64,000 nucleotides of DNA from Candidatus Omnitrophota bacterium (GTDB taxonomy: Bacteria > Omnitrophota > Omnitrophia > Omnitrophales > Aquincolibacteriaceae): assembly GCA_022711115.1 (NCBI GenBank), contig JAKLFP010000001.1, positions 389,183-453,182 of the forward strand, read 5' to 3'. The notes below the pieces were generated by a model that did no database searches, was not told where the DNA came from, and was given only the letters and a program-made list of their open reading frames with translations. Positions 38,769 to 48,273 of this stretch are shown here, piece by piece (positions within the stretch are counted from its first letter, which is position 1; every line of letters begins with the position of its first letter). The translations under genes and the position numbers were made by a program.

Positions 38769-39902
38769 ATGGACGAACAACCTATTCTCAGTATTATTCT
38801 CCCCTGTCTTAACGAAGAAGCCGGCCTGGAATTCTGTCTGCCGAAGATCCGCACGGTGATTGAACGTATGAAAATTCCTGCTGAGGTCATTGTGGTGGAC
38901 AACGGTTCCTCGGATCAAAGCGTTTCAGTTGCACAAAAGTTCGGCGTTCGCATTGTAAAGGAACCGCTGCAAGGTTATGGCTCAGCCTGCATGAAAGGGT
39001 TTGCGGTTGCTAAGGGAAAGTATTTTTTCCTGGCAGACGCGGACGGAAGCTATGACTTTGAGGAAATACCGAATTTCTTGCGCCTTTTAGAACAAAATTG
39101 GGATTTTGTTGTTGGTAATCGTTTTAAAGGGAATATCGAAAAAGGGGCCATGCCTTGGTCTCACCGCCATATCGGTAATCCTGTGCTCTCGTCTATGTTG
39201 CGTCTCTTTTTTAAAACCACCATTCATGATGTTCATTGCGGCATGAGGGCCATCCGCAAAACCGCTTATCAAAGGCTGACGCTTATGACAACGGGCATGG
39301 AATTCGCATCGGAGATGATTGTGATGGCCTTAAAAAAAAATCTTCGTGTCACGGAGATTCCCATCCACTACCATGTCCGCAAAGGCACGTCCAAACTGAG
39401 ACGCCTCTCGGACGGGTGGCGTCATCTGAGATTTATGCTTCTTTATAAACCTTTTGTCCTGTTTTTTTTACCGGGTGTTTTTTTATTGGCCTGCGGCATT
39501 ATTTCCATGCCTTTTTTTTATCTTGAAGAGCTTGAGGTGTTTCATCTTCAGTTTTACTATCACCCCATGTTCCTTTCCTCGCTTATGATTATCATGGGGT
39601 ATCAACTGGTTCTCTTCTCTTTATTCGCGAAGACATATGCCATTCATCACTTAGGAGATACTCCTGTTTTGGAAAAATTTTACCGTTATTTTAATATCGA
39701 GCGCGCTTGCGCTTTTGGATTGCTGACAGCCGCCCTGGGATGTGTTATCTACCTTGGGATCTTCATGAAATGGCTGCGCACTAATTTCGGGGCGTTGAAC
39801 GAGGTCAAAAATTCTATCTTGGGCCTGACCTTCATGGTCCTTGGGGTTCAAACTGTTTTTTCTGCTTTTATGCTCAGCATCTTGGGAATCAAGAAAAAAT
39901 GA
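38769..39902 (+). CDS. GT2 polyprenyl-phosphate sugar synthase (Dpm1/ArnC/GtrB-like) with C-terminal TM helices
   Basis: LSIILPCLNEEAGL...VIVVDNGSSDQS...FLADADGSYD then 4 TM helices. Confidence 0.7.
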   Translation: MDEQPILSIILPCLNEEAGLEFCLPKIRTVIERMKIPAEVIVVDNGSSDQSVSVAQKFGVRIVKEPLQGYGSACMKGFAVAKGKYFFLADADGSYDFEEIPNFLRLLEQNWDFVVGNRFKGNIEKGAMPWSHRHIGNPVLSSMLRLFFKTTIHDVHCGMRAIRKTAYQRLTLMTTGMEFASEMIVMALKKNLRVTEIPIHYHVRKGTSKLRRLSDGWRHLRFMLLYKPFVLFFLPGVFLLACGIISMPFFYLEELEVFHLQFYYHPMFLSSLMIIMGYQLVLFSLFAKTYAIHHLGDTPVLEKFYRYFNIERACAFGLLTAALGCVIYLGIFMKWLRTNFGALNEVKNSILGLTFMVLGVQTVFSAFMLSILGIKKK

Positions 39903-39907
39903 AGAAC

Positions 39908-41716
39908 TTATATTCCTTCCGCGCCGTTGCGACCGTTCGCCGCAGGCTTACCTAAAAGGGAGTCTGTCGCAGTTAAAAACTCCCGGGCTTTTTGAAGAAT
40001 GTTTTGGGCTCTCTGGTTGTTCGGGTCTAATTTGAGAACAAGTTCGGCGATTTTAACAGCTTCCGCATACTGCCCTCCCGTAAGACAGAATAAACCCAGA
40101 TCATTGATCCGCGTTCGAAGAATGACAGAGCTTCGGACACTAATTTTTTTATAAATAGACGCTTCAGCAAAAGCCTTTTCATAATCTCCGAGAAAAACAT
40201 AGGCGTAAATCAAATTCTGGCGGGCGACAGGTATGTTTGGATTGATATTCAAAGCCTGGACAAAGCAGGAGGCCGCTTTCTCATATTCTCCTAAATCCCC
40301 AAAAACAGCCCCCAGATTTACAAGAATCTGCGCCCTGTCATTATTCTCCGGCATCTTCAGCTTCAGGGCCTTCAGATAGTTAGCGGCTGCTTTTTGATAA
40401 TCTTTCTCCGCCCGGTACACGTGCGCAAGGTTGGCGTAAGGTCTTGCCTTGGCAGGAGATTTTTTGACAGTGTCTTCCCATAACCTCACGGCACTTGTCC
40501 AAACGTTATTCCTTTGATAGGTCAGAAATGAAAAAATCAAAATCATCCCGCAAAGAAATGCAGCGCCAATGCGAGGATTCTTTAAAAGAGAAAAAAGTCC
40601 CGCCGTCACGACAAGCACAAACCCAACTGACGGAAGGTAGAGACGATGTTCGAACATGACATCCCGAATAGGAAGAATGCTTGAAGTAGGCGCCAGAGTA
40701 AGAAAAAACCAGAGGATGCCGAACCCAGCCAGAGGATGCCGGCGAATCAGCTTAAATCCTGAAAAAAGCAAGACTAAGAGACAAAAAAGGCTAAGCAGGG
40801 TCGGACCATCGAACCATCCCGGGGACAAAGGAAAATCATAATCGATATTTTGACGGAAAGGAAAAAACAGCAGGCTTAAGTATTTCATGATAACGCGGAA
40901 TTGTGTCAGAAGATAGGTGCGGCCGGTAATCCCTAAGTCGTCATGAAGCGTAAAGATATTCGGAAGCTTAAAAGAAAAAAAAACGAAAATACTTATTAAA
41001 AAAATCGTTCCTAGAAGCAGCCAGGACTCTTTTAGTTTTGCTGTTCCTTTTTCTTTTGCATGCGCTCCGACGGAAATACCCCAAAAAACCGCTTCGCTTA
41101 AAAAAACTGACGCCGGCAAAGTAAAAACGGTTTCTTTTGTGAACATCCCCAGAATCGCTGCTGCCGCTGAGATAAAAAAAATCCCTGCTTTTTTCAAAAC
41201 CGGCCCTGCGATGATCCTCGCTTTCAGATAACAGCAAAGCGCAGACAGGTAGAAGACCGCAGCCAGGCACTCGAACCTTTGTGAAATGTAAGTGACAGAT
41301 TCTGTTTGAATGGGGTGGGACAAAAACAGCCAGCCGCATAGAAGGGCGATGGTTTGCCTGTGTTGCGAGCAAGGCCCGTCGCGCATCCGCGGGGTCTGAA
41401 ACAACAGCAGTACAAGCCAAACAACGCAAAGGGCTGTAAGGAGATGAATGGTCAGGTTCACGACATGATAACCAACAACATCGAAACCGTGAAAATAATA
41501 GTTTAAAGCGAAAGAAAAAAAAGAAATAAACCGTTTCCGGTATTCCACATTATTCCACAGGGTGTGGCTTTGCAGGCTCTGGATCGCCCGGTTCGTCTGG
41601 ATGAATTTTTCATCGTCAAAGACAAAAGGGGCTTTCAGGGTATTAGAATAGAGGAGGATACCCCATAAGCAGATTCCGATTAGATAAAAGGTGATTGTCT
41701 TTTTTGGGTTTTTCAT
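39908..41716 (-). CDS. TMTC/PMT-like GT-C membrane glycosyltransferase (DUF1736-type) with C-terminal TPR repeats (paralog of 14721-16508)
   Basis: APFVFDDEKFIQTN, YHVVNLTIHLL motifs, ~10 TM helices, TPR repeats at the C-terminus. Confidence 0.55.
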   Translation of the reverse strand: MKNPKKTITFYLIGICLWGILLYSNTLKAPFVFDDEKFIQTNRAIQSLQSHTLWNNVEYRKRFISFFSFALNYYFHGFDVVGYHVVNLTIHLLTALCVVWLVLLLFQTPRMRDGPCSQHRQTIALLCGWLFLSHPIQTESVTYISQRFECLAAVFYLSALCCYLKARIIAGPVLKKAGIFFISAAAAILGMFTKETVFTLPASVFLSEAVFWGISVGAHAKEKGTAKLKESWLLLGTIFLISIFVFFSFKLPNIFTLHDDLGITGRTYLLTQFRVIMKYLSLLFFPFRQNIDYDFPLSPGWFDGPTLLSLFCLLVLLFSGFKLIRRHPLAGFGILWFFLTLAPTSSILPIRDVMFEHRLYLPSVGFVLVVTAGLFSLLKNPRIGAAFLCGMILIFSFLTYQRNNVWTSAVRLWEDTVKKSPAKARPYANLAHVYRAEKDYQKAAANYLKALKLKMPENNDRAQILVNLGAVFGDLGEYEKAASCFVQALNINPNIPVARQNLIYAYVFLGDYEKAFAEASIYKKISVRSSVILRTRINDLGLFCLTGGQYAEAVKIAELVLKLDPNNQRAQNILQKAREFLTATDSLLGKPAANGRNGAEGI

Positions 41717-41806
41717 GGCTTATTTTTTAAAATGAATCTTCTTCTTGGCGCATTTGCTATATTTCCTGTCCAGAAAATCCTCTCTTTGGGAACTTTGCTC
41801 TGGCAA

Positions 41807-43048
41807 TTAGGCTAGAACTTTTTCTTTGGTCTCTCTTTTCTTCGTTTTTTCATATTCACAAACCCATGCGGGCTTTTCATCCATTTTGTCCGGAAAGTAC
41901 TTTTTGAGTCGGCTGTAAACAAAAGGGAGTCTATCTTTGAGGCCCTTCCCGCAAAAACCCAGAAATCTTATATAGGCATCTTTTATGTTTTCCAGAACTA
42001 TAGAAATGTTCTCATCCCTTTGCAAAAAATAATTTTTTACCTCCTGATGCAATTCAGGTTTGTCGGAGGCCCAAACTAAAACACCGTTTTCATCCTTTTT
42101 TACATCCGCATGAAAATCAAAATTATGGTTCATTAAAATTACATTTCGCTCGAAGTAACGTCTTTTTTCAAGGTCCCCGTGCCATAAACAAAGCGCTACT
42201 CCTGGAGTAAACGATACGCTCCCGTTTACTCTAGCATAAACGGCCTTTGCCCATGAGTCCCTGTCTTTTTTAAATGACTCGCCCACGAGTAACATTTGGG
42301 CGATCTCATCGTCTATTCCATAAAAGGCATAGGCCATAATACGATCTCCGCTTCCTATGATCAGCCGGTCGTAAAAACCAAACTCATCAAGAATTTCTTT
42401 TCTTGCGGCCCAGGCTCCCCCAACAACCGGCTTGTTTTTTGATTTCAACATGCACCTCGCATCTGTCTGGGTATAAACAAACCCGTCGCGTTTCTGTCCG
42501 TTCCCTATCCCTTCAGGGATATGCTCCGAGCTTTTGATATCAAACTGTCCTTGCTTCAAACGAACGAGCTGGGAGTAGGGCTGAACGACAAGATATTTTT
42601 CAAGCAAGCTGGCGGTTTCTTTTAACCAATCGTCCTTTTTTAAAAGAATATCACAGTCGAACCATGCGACCTTGTCGCAGTCGTTTGGCAAATGCTTTAA
42701 TCCGATATTGAGTAGCGCCTCTTTTTCCCAAAGAATATGTTTTTTGTCCACTCGCAGTTGAATCAAGCTGTCTGTTTCGTTTTTTTTGATTTCAAAAGGG
42801 TTGTCCCCGTAAGAAAGCTCGACCGTCAGGAGGTTGAGTCCTTGCTTTTTGCTGGCGTTGCGAAATCTTACATAATTCTCATGTTTATTTTTGAAACCAA
42901 CAGGATTAAAAAAAGCGGTTATGCCCCAAAATGTTCCTGTCAATTTTTGAACTCGTTCAGTCGCAGCCTTTAGGAGATCATCATTGTTCTTTGTCCCGAA
43001 CCTATCAGAAACTTCTTTTATTGCTTTCTTCTTATCAGGATACATTTT
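41807..43048 (-). CDS. hypothetical protein, possibly a nucleotide-sugar-dependent transferase (start adjusted to MYPDKKK...)
   Basis: No clear motif; acidic DCDILLKKDD segment; embedded in the glycan locus. Confidence 0.35.
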   Translation of the reverse strand, partial: KMYPDKKKAIKEVSDRFGTKNNDDLLKAATERVQKLTGTFWGITAFFNPVGFKNKHENYVRFRNASKKQGLNLLTVELSYGDNPFEIKKNETDSLIQLRVDKKHILWEKEALLNIGLKHLPNDCDKVAWFDCDILLKKDDWLKETASLLEKYLVVQPYSQLVRLKQGQFDIKSSEHIPEGIGNGQKRDGFVYTQTDARCMLKSKNKPVVGGAWAARKEILDEFGFYDRLIIGSGDRIMAYAFYGIDDEIAQMLLVGESFKKDRDSWAKAVYARVNGSVSFTPGVALCLWHGDLEKRRYFERNVILMNHNFDFHADVKKDENGVLVWASDKPELHQEVKNYFLQRDENISIVLENIKDAYIRFLGFCGKGLKDRLPFVYSRLKKYFPDKMDEKPAWVCEYEKTKKRETKEKVLA

Positions 43049-43064
43049 CCGGGTTTTTCTTCCT

Positions 43065-44966
43065 TTAGTTGCAACCGTGACACATGTTATGCTCTCGTTT
43101 CTTGCCCATTTTTTCATTCTCTTTATAAATTTTACTTTCAAAAATTTCCTTCAAGGGCTTGCCAAAGGCGTTGCCTAAGTTAAGCCTGCTTAATTGGTCG
43201 TGACAGCAGATAGTAACCTTTCCATCCCATTTGACTGTAGGAAGCAAGAAGGCGCATTCCTTTTTTTTAGGCTCGATCCTTTTCTTTTCATCATAAGTAA
43301 AACGCAAATAATCTTTCATTTCATCGGAAACAACGTTTTTAAAAAACTCTTCGCGCTCCTCTGCCGTTGCCTCTGAGGGAACGCAAAACCCGGTAGGGCT
43401 TATCCTTGCCTGCATGGGATCGCCTCCCAATCTGGCGATCAGTTTCGGCAAGTCCTTCCTTTGATGAAAGTTGTCCTTGGTGACATTCATTTTGACCAAA
43501 ACGCGTTCGGGATTATTTTTCGTCAAATCAAAAATTTCTCTCAGATTTTGACATACCAAATCATAGTCGCTTCCCCTCATAATCCGTTCATGCGTTCCTC
43601 TGTCCGTGCCGCCGATATTAACAAAAATGCGCGACACAGGACAGCTTGCCAGTTTCTTCATGTCGATATGGCAACTCAGATTCGTATGAACATCACCGAC
43701 GTTGATCCCTGCCTCATCGGCATAACGGACCATTTCAAAAAAATCCGGGTGAAGCAACGGCTCGCCTCGATGATAAGGAATAATCTTGATCTTGTTTTTA
43801 ATAAAAAACGAACGATTCAGGTTGATGATTTTTTTAAAGTTTTCAAAGTCCATTATCCCGATATCTTTTTTCTCAGAAAAGTACATCCAGCACCAAACGC
43901 AGCGGGCGTTGCACATACTGCTGGTTTCTATGGCTATAGTTTTGTTGCGGTATGGGAAAAATGTTTTTGTAATGGTTTTTTCTGCTTTTAAAAAAAATTT
44001 GAAACCTTTCTCCCAAAACCAGCCTCTGCTCTGATGGTTTGTCGCGTATATCGGGTAATGGAAACCAAAAGCGCCGCTTAGCGTCCCCAAACCCTGAAAA
44101 ACTTCCAAAACACTTCCCGTTTTTGAGCGTTTCTTAAAAACATCGCAAAGAAGATGAAGAGATCCTTTCGCGACAAGTATGAACCCTTCGATTGTTTTCT
44201 TAAAAAAGAATCGGACAACATGCTTGCTTGTGTTTTTTTGATACGATACTCTCAAGCTTCCCCCTCGAAAATAGCGCACGGCTAACCATTTCATGTTCGT
44301 TCGTTCTTTCAAGAACCTTTCATAAACAACAGCTTCTCCTGCGTGAATGATCCGGTATCCCAGCCGATGCAATTTCCGGAAAAATTGCACGTCGCCGCCC
44401 CCTATTTGGGAATCCTTTTTATCAAATAAAAAGTTGATTTCTTTAAAAACTTTGGCACAAATCAAAACATTATTCGTATAAGCCTCGTGATACGGCGTGC
44501 CTGTTAAAAGATGTTTTTGCTGAGGAAAATAGCGGACAAACTCTGCGGAAGCGCACGAGTCGAACGTCCGAATGGTAATGCCTTTTACAACGTCGGCGTT
44601 ATACTCCCTTTGAACAAATAAGAGTTCGTCCAGCCATGTCGGCGTCGCTTCTTCATCATCGTCGATGAAAGCAATGAATTCTGTTCTTGGTGAAACCGAG
44701 GCTATGGCCTTATTTCGAGCCTGACTAATCCCGCGTTCGTTCTCGACGATGTATCGGATCGGCCATGGCGTCTCCAAGGCGATTGCATCGCATATACCTT
44801 GGGTAACTTCGCTGGGTTCATTATCAACAACAATGATCTCTATTTCCGGTATGTTGTTTTTGAGAAACGTCAGCCCGTTGAGGCTTTTTAACAACCTCCT
44901 TAGTTCCTTCGGTCGCTTATAAGTACAGACGCAAAGGGAAACAAATGCCTTTTCGCTCACAGACAA
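43065..44966 (-). CDS. bifunctional GT2 glycosyltransferase / radical SAM (SPASM/twitch-like) fusion protein
   Basis: N-terminus VSLCVCTYKRP...IEIIVVDNEPS...FIDDDE; C-terminus CNARCVWC plus ...DGKVTICCHDQ...GNAFGKPLKEIF...CHGCN, paralogous to 6572-7294 and 29396-30229. Confidence 0.65.
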   Translation of the reverse strand: MSVSEKAFVSLCVCTYKRPKELRRLLKSLNGLTFLKNNIPEIEIIVVDNEPSEVTQGICDAIALETPWPIRYIVENERGISQARNKAIASVSPRTEFIAFIDDDEEATPTWLDELLFVQREYNADVVKGITIRTFDSCASAEFVRYFPQQKHLLTGTPYHEAYTNNVLICAKVFKEINFLFDKKDSQIGGGDVQFFRKLHRLGYRIIHAGEAVVYERFLKERTNMKWLAVRYFRGGSLRVSYQKNTSKHVVRFFFKKTIEGFILVAKGSLHLLCDVFKKRSKTGSVLEVFQGLGTLSGAFGFHYPIYATNHQSRGWFWEKGFKFFLKAEKTITKTFFPYRNKTIAIETSSMCNARCVWCWMYFSEKKDIGIMDFENFKKIINLNRSFFIKNKIKIIPYHRGEPLLHPDFFEMVRYADEAGINVGDVHTNLSCHIDMKKLASCPVSRIFVNIGGTDRGTHERIMRGSDYDLVCQNLREIFDLTKNNPERVLVKMNVTKDNFHQRKDLPKLIARLGGDPMQARISPTGFCVPSEATAEEREEFFKNVVSDEMKDYLRFTYDEKKRIEPKKKECAFLLPTVKWDGKVTICCHDQLSRLNLGNAFGKPLKEIFESKIYKENEKMGKKREHNMCHGCN

Positions 44967-45589
44967 TGCTCCTCATAGTGTTTTTGCTTTTTGTTTTTCT
45001 TTTCTCTTAGGTTTTCTAAGGCTTGGAGGGTCTTGTTGCGCACCTGACAAAAGAATAACTCTAAAGGTCCTGCCGGACCGCTTATGTTCTCATGGGGAAA
45101 GGCAGCTTCCGGGATTTTCTTGCCTAGAAAGGGGCATAAGACTTCCCACCCTTCGCCGCCGCATATATTCAGGAACAGGAGGTCTTTTTCCCTGCCTTTA
45201 AAGTATTTTTTGACGTCTTGGACGTGCGCCTCGTAGGCCATGGCAAATTTCTTCTTGTCAAAAAAATGTGCCCCAAATTGTTCGGCCCGGTATTTTAACA
45301 AAACGTCTTTCTCAGTTTCAGAAAAAACTTTTTTTCTGGAGAAATATTTTTTGCAGGACCTTAGCCATGCGTTTTTGTCTCTGACTGTTAAAATAAATTT
45401 AGACTTCGGATATTTTTTGTCATACTCCGGATATCGGGTTTGAAAAGGCATGTCACAAAACGCCTCGAATCTCTCAAGATCTTTTTCAGGGTCTAATGAA
45501 AAATGGAGGGTTTTAAAACCCAAGATTTCCAAGGCCTTCCGCAAACTGTAGGTGCCTGTTTTCGCCAATCCGATACCAAATATTTTCAT
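44957..45589 (-). CDS. sulfotransferase-family protein
   Basis: IFGIGLAKTGTYSL resembles the 5'-PSB loop (K/R-T/S-G-T-T/S) of sulfotransferases. Confidence 0.5.
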   Translation of the reverse strand: MKIFGIGLAKTGTYSLRKALEILGFKTLHFSLDPEKDLERFEAFCDMPFQTRYPEYDKKYPKSKFILTVRDKNAWLRSCKKYFSRKKVFSETEKDVLLKYRAEQFGAHFFDKKKFAMAYEAHVQDVKKYFKGREKDLLFLNICGGEGWEVLCPFLGKKIPEAAFPHENISGPAGPLELFFCQVRNKTLQALENLREKKNKKQKHYEEHCL

Positions 45590-45739
45590 CCGTTATTTTC
45601 CTAAAAATCTCTCTTTGTTTTAAACGGGGTTTTTGTTTCCTGCGCCACTCATGCGGTTTTATTGATCATCCATATTCGGATGTTTCCGCTATTTATCCGC
45701 ACTTTTTAAGAAACTAAAAACTGCGCTTTCTTTCCCGGG

Positions 45740-46678
45740 TTAAGAAGGTGGCAGTTTTTTGAAAAGATTTGTGATGCGACTTAATTTTATTTTAGCTTCG
45801 ATTCTCGAAGGAAAAAAAGAGTCTTTTTTTAGGTTAAATACAATCGCAAAAAGCTGTTTTGGTTTCCTGATAAAGCTCATTGCTTCGCACAAAACGATCC
45901 ATCCTTTCCGGATGCTGTTCTGCTTTGAATCCATGACCGCATTGGATATGCCTTCCCAGACGGCTCGTTTTTCAAACCAGTCCCTGCAAAGTCTTTCCGC
46001 AGGAATATGATGTTGAATTCTGATATCAGGGGCATAGATAATATCGTATCCTTGCTGTTTTAGCTGCGTCTGTGCAAAAGCCTCTTCCCCTGATAAAAGA
46101 TTATCCCCTTTCCTGCCTAAGTTCGGCAGAAAACCACCTATTTGCTCCAAAGATTCCTTTACAAAAGCCATGTTCCCACCAAAGAGCCTTGCTCGATCCA
46201 AAGACGCCGGTTCATCGCCATAGTCCAATACAGAAAGATATTTCAAAAGGTCATCTGTAATCCACGAAGCCCGTGTGCCGCCCCAAATAGGCTCTATTTT
46301 CCCACCGACAGCCCCGGCGTTTGCATGGGTTTCGAAGGCTTTTAGTATATTTGCAAGCCATAATTTATCCGCAATCGCATCATCATCCATAAAGGCCAGG
46401 TATTTTCCTGAGGCTTTTTTCACGCCGGCGTTTTTCGCGCGGGAAAGACCCTGGAGAGGCTCATAAAGATAGGTGATATGAACAGACTTTTTTTGAAAAT
46501 CCTGTACGATTTCTTTTGCTTTTCCAACAGGCCCGTTCTCAACCACAATAATTTCATACTGTTCTTCCGGCAACGATTGTCCGGTCAGGCTGAGAAGGGC
46601 CTCCGTTAAAAAAACATCTCTCCCGCAGGTGCAAACAACAACGCTGATGCGTGGTAAAAAATCATTTGTATTATTCAA
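45740..46678 (-). CDS. family-2 glycosyltransferase
   Basis: ISVVVCTCGR...YEIIVVENGP...FMDDDA. Confidence 0.7.
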   Translation of the reverse strand: MNNTNDFLPRISVVVCTCGRDVFLTEALLSLTGQSLPEEQYEIIVVENGPVGKAKEIVQDFQKKSVHITYLYEPLQGLSRAKNAGVKKASGKYLAFMDDDAIADKLWLANILKAFETHANAGAVGGKIEPIWGGTRASWITDDLLKYLSVLDYGDEPASLDRARLFGGNMAFVKESLEQIGGFLPNLGRKGDNLLSGEEAFAQTQLKQQGYDIIYAPDIRIQHHIPAERLCRDWFEKRAVWEGISNAVMDSKQNSIRKGWIVLCEAMSFIRKPKQLFAIVFNLKKDSFFPSRIEAKIKLSRITNLFKKLPPS

Positions 46679-46701
46679 TGATGTTTTCCAGAAGTTTAGG
46701 T

Positions 46702-47466
46702 TTATTTAATAGAGGTTGTTTGCTCTTTTTTAGAAAAAACGTAGTCGTTGACCACATCGTCCGGGTTGCCGCTTTTTTGTATCTGTCCTTTTTCGATCCA
46801 AAGGGCCCTATTGCAATACTTCCGAATGATTCCCAGCCTGTGGCTAGCCAGAATGACCGCTGAGCTTTTTCGAACAAATTCATTCAGTTTTTGCATCGCT
46901 TTTTCCTGGAAATCAATATCTCCGGAACTGCCAAGGGCCTCATCAATTAAAAGAATATCCGGATTATGCTTTTCAATGCTATGAATGGTCGTTGAGAAAG
47001 CCAGCCGGTTTATCATGCCCGAAGAAAACTGATAGACCTTGATATGGGTATACTCTTCGAGCCCAGAAAAAGCGATGATCTCATCGAGCTTCCTTCGAAG
47101 GTCCTGCGGGGACAGCCCTCTCATGGTTCCGACAAGCTGTATATTTTCCAGCATCGTCAGCTTGGGAACCAATCCTTGGGCATAGCCCGCCAAATAAACA
47201 GCCTTTCCGTTTATCTCTACAGAGCCCCCATCGGGAAGGTAGATCCCGCCTAAAATTCGCAGCAACGTTGTTTTTCCGGAACCATTGCGCCCGACGAGAC
47301 CGATGATCTCTCCGGAGCCGGCTTCGAACGACACTTCTTGAAGCGCCTGTCGCTCCTGTTTTTCCCCGGCCTTTAAAAGCCTTAAAAAAGCGGCTAAAGC
47401 TCCATCGTTATGGGCGATGTCCAGATCGAATTTCTTGGATAAATTACAGACTTTGATTCGAATCAA
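46702..47466 (-). CDS. ABC transporter ATP-binding protein, polysaccharide/teichoic-acid export type (Wzt/TagH-like)
   Basis: Walker A GLVGRNGSGKTTLL; signature FSSGMINRLAFS; Walker B ILLIDEAL. Confidence 0.75.
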   Translation of the reverse strand: MIRIKVCNLSKKFDLDIAHNDGALAAFLRLLKAGEKQERQALQEVSFEAGSGEIIGLVGRNGSGKTTLLRILGGIYLPDGGSVEINGKAVYLAGYAQGLVPKLTMLENIQLVGTMRGLSPQDLRRKLDEIIAFSGLEEYTHIKVYQFSSGMINRLAFSTTIHSIEKHNPDILLIDEALGSSGDIDFQEKAMQKLNEFVRKSSAVILASHRLGIIRKYCNRALWIEKGQIQKSGNPDDVVNDYVFSKKEQTTSIK

Positions 47467-47475
47467 GTTGTTCTC

Positions 47476-48252
47476 CTAAATCCTGCTTGCAAAATCTTTT
47501 TTCCTTATAGAAAAGGAAAAAAGACCTAAAAAAAACATTAAGACGCTCGACAGGACAACAAACACAGTCGTGCCAAGGTCAAGCGTTTGGCCGTTAATGA
47601 TGATGGCGCGGGCCGTTGAAACAAAATAAAAAATCGGGTTGAATAAATTGATTAGATAAAGGGCCCCTTCTTTGGGAGCAACATAAAAAATAGGCGTGGC
47701 AAACCATAACAAACGGCCCAAGACAGCCCAGACGTTTGAAAGATCCTTGATATAAACACCGATCGTCGCGAACAGAAAAGAGCATCCTAAAACAAACAAA
47801 GAAAAAAATAAAAAAAACAAAGGGTAAACCAAGAAACCGGTCAACGGCACCTTGAGACACAAAGCAAGAAATAAAAGAAGGACTATTTCACAGGCATGAG
47901 AAAAGGAGTATTGGATCAAGCCTGCGATCACAAAGGGTTCTTTGGCAATATCCATGGACTTGATGAAGCTTTCATTCGAGGTGATCGCTTTTATAGAAAA
48001 ATTCGTCGCCGCTAAAAAAAAATTGAAGACCACAAGGCCGACGAGAAGATAAAGAGGATAGTGAGGAATAATATTCTGATAAAGGGCGTGCCCAAATAGC
48101 AAAAGGATCGCAAAGGTTAAAAGCGGTTCCAGCAGATACCAAAAAATTCCGATAAAACTGCCCTCATTCCTCAGCTTAAACCTAACTTTAGCCAAGGACA
48201 GGCTGAGATAAAGAATATGTTTAATTTCATCTGGCGATATTTTCCTTATCAT
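47476..48252 (-). CDS. ABC-2 type transporter permease (Wzm/TagG-like)
   Basis: Six TM helices, 258 aa, immediately upstream of the ATPase. Confidence 0.65.
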   Translation of the reverse strand: MIRKISPDEIKHILYLSLSLAKVRFKLRNEGSFIGIFWYLLEPLLTFAILLLFGHALYQNIIPHYPLYLLVGLVVFNFFLAATNFSIKAITSNESFIKSMDIAKEPFVIAGLIQYSFSHACEIVLLLFLALCLKVPLTGFLVYPLFFLFFSLFVLGCSFLFATIGVYIKDLSNVWAVLGRLLWFATPIFYVAPKEGALYLINLFNPIFYFVSTARAIIINGQTLDLGTTVFVVLSSVLMFFLGLFSFSIRKKDFASRI

Positions 48253-48273
48253 TTTCCCTTTACCTTTTTCTAG

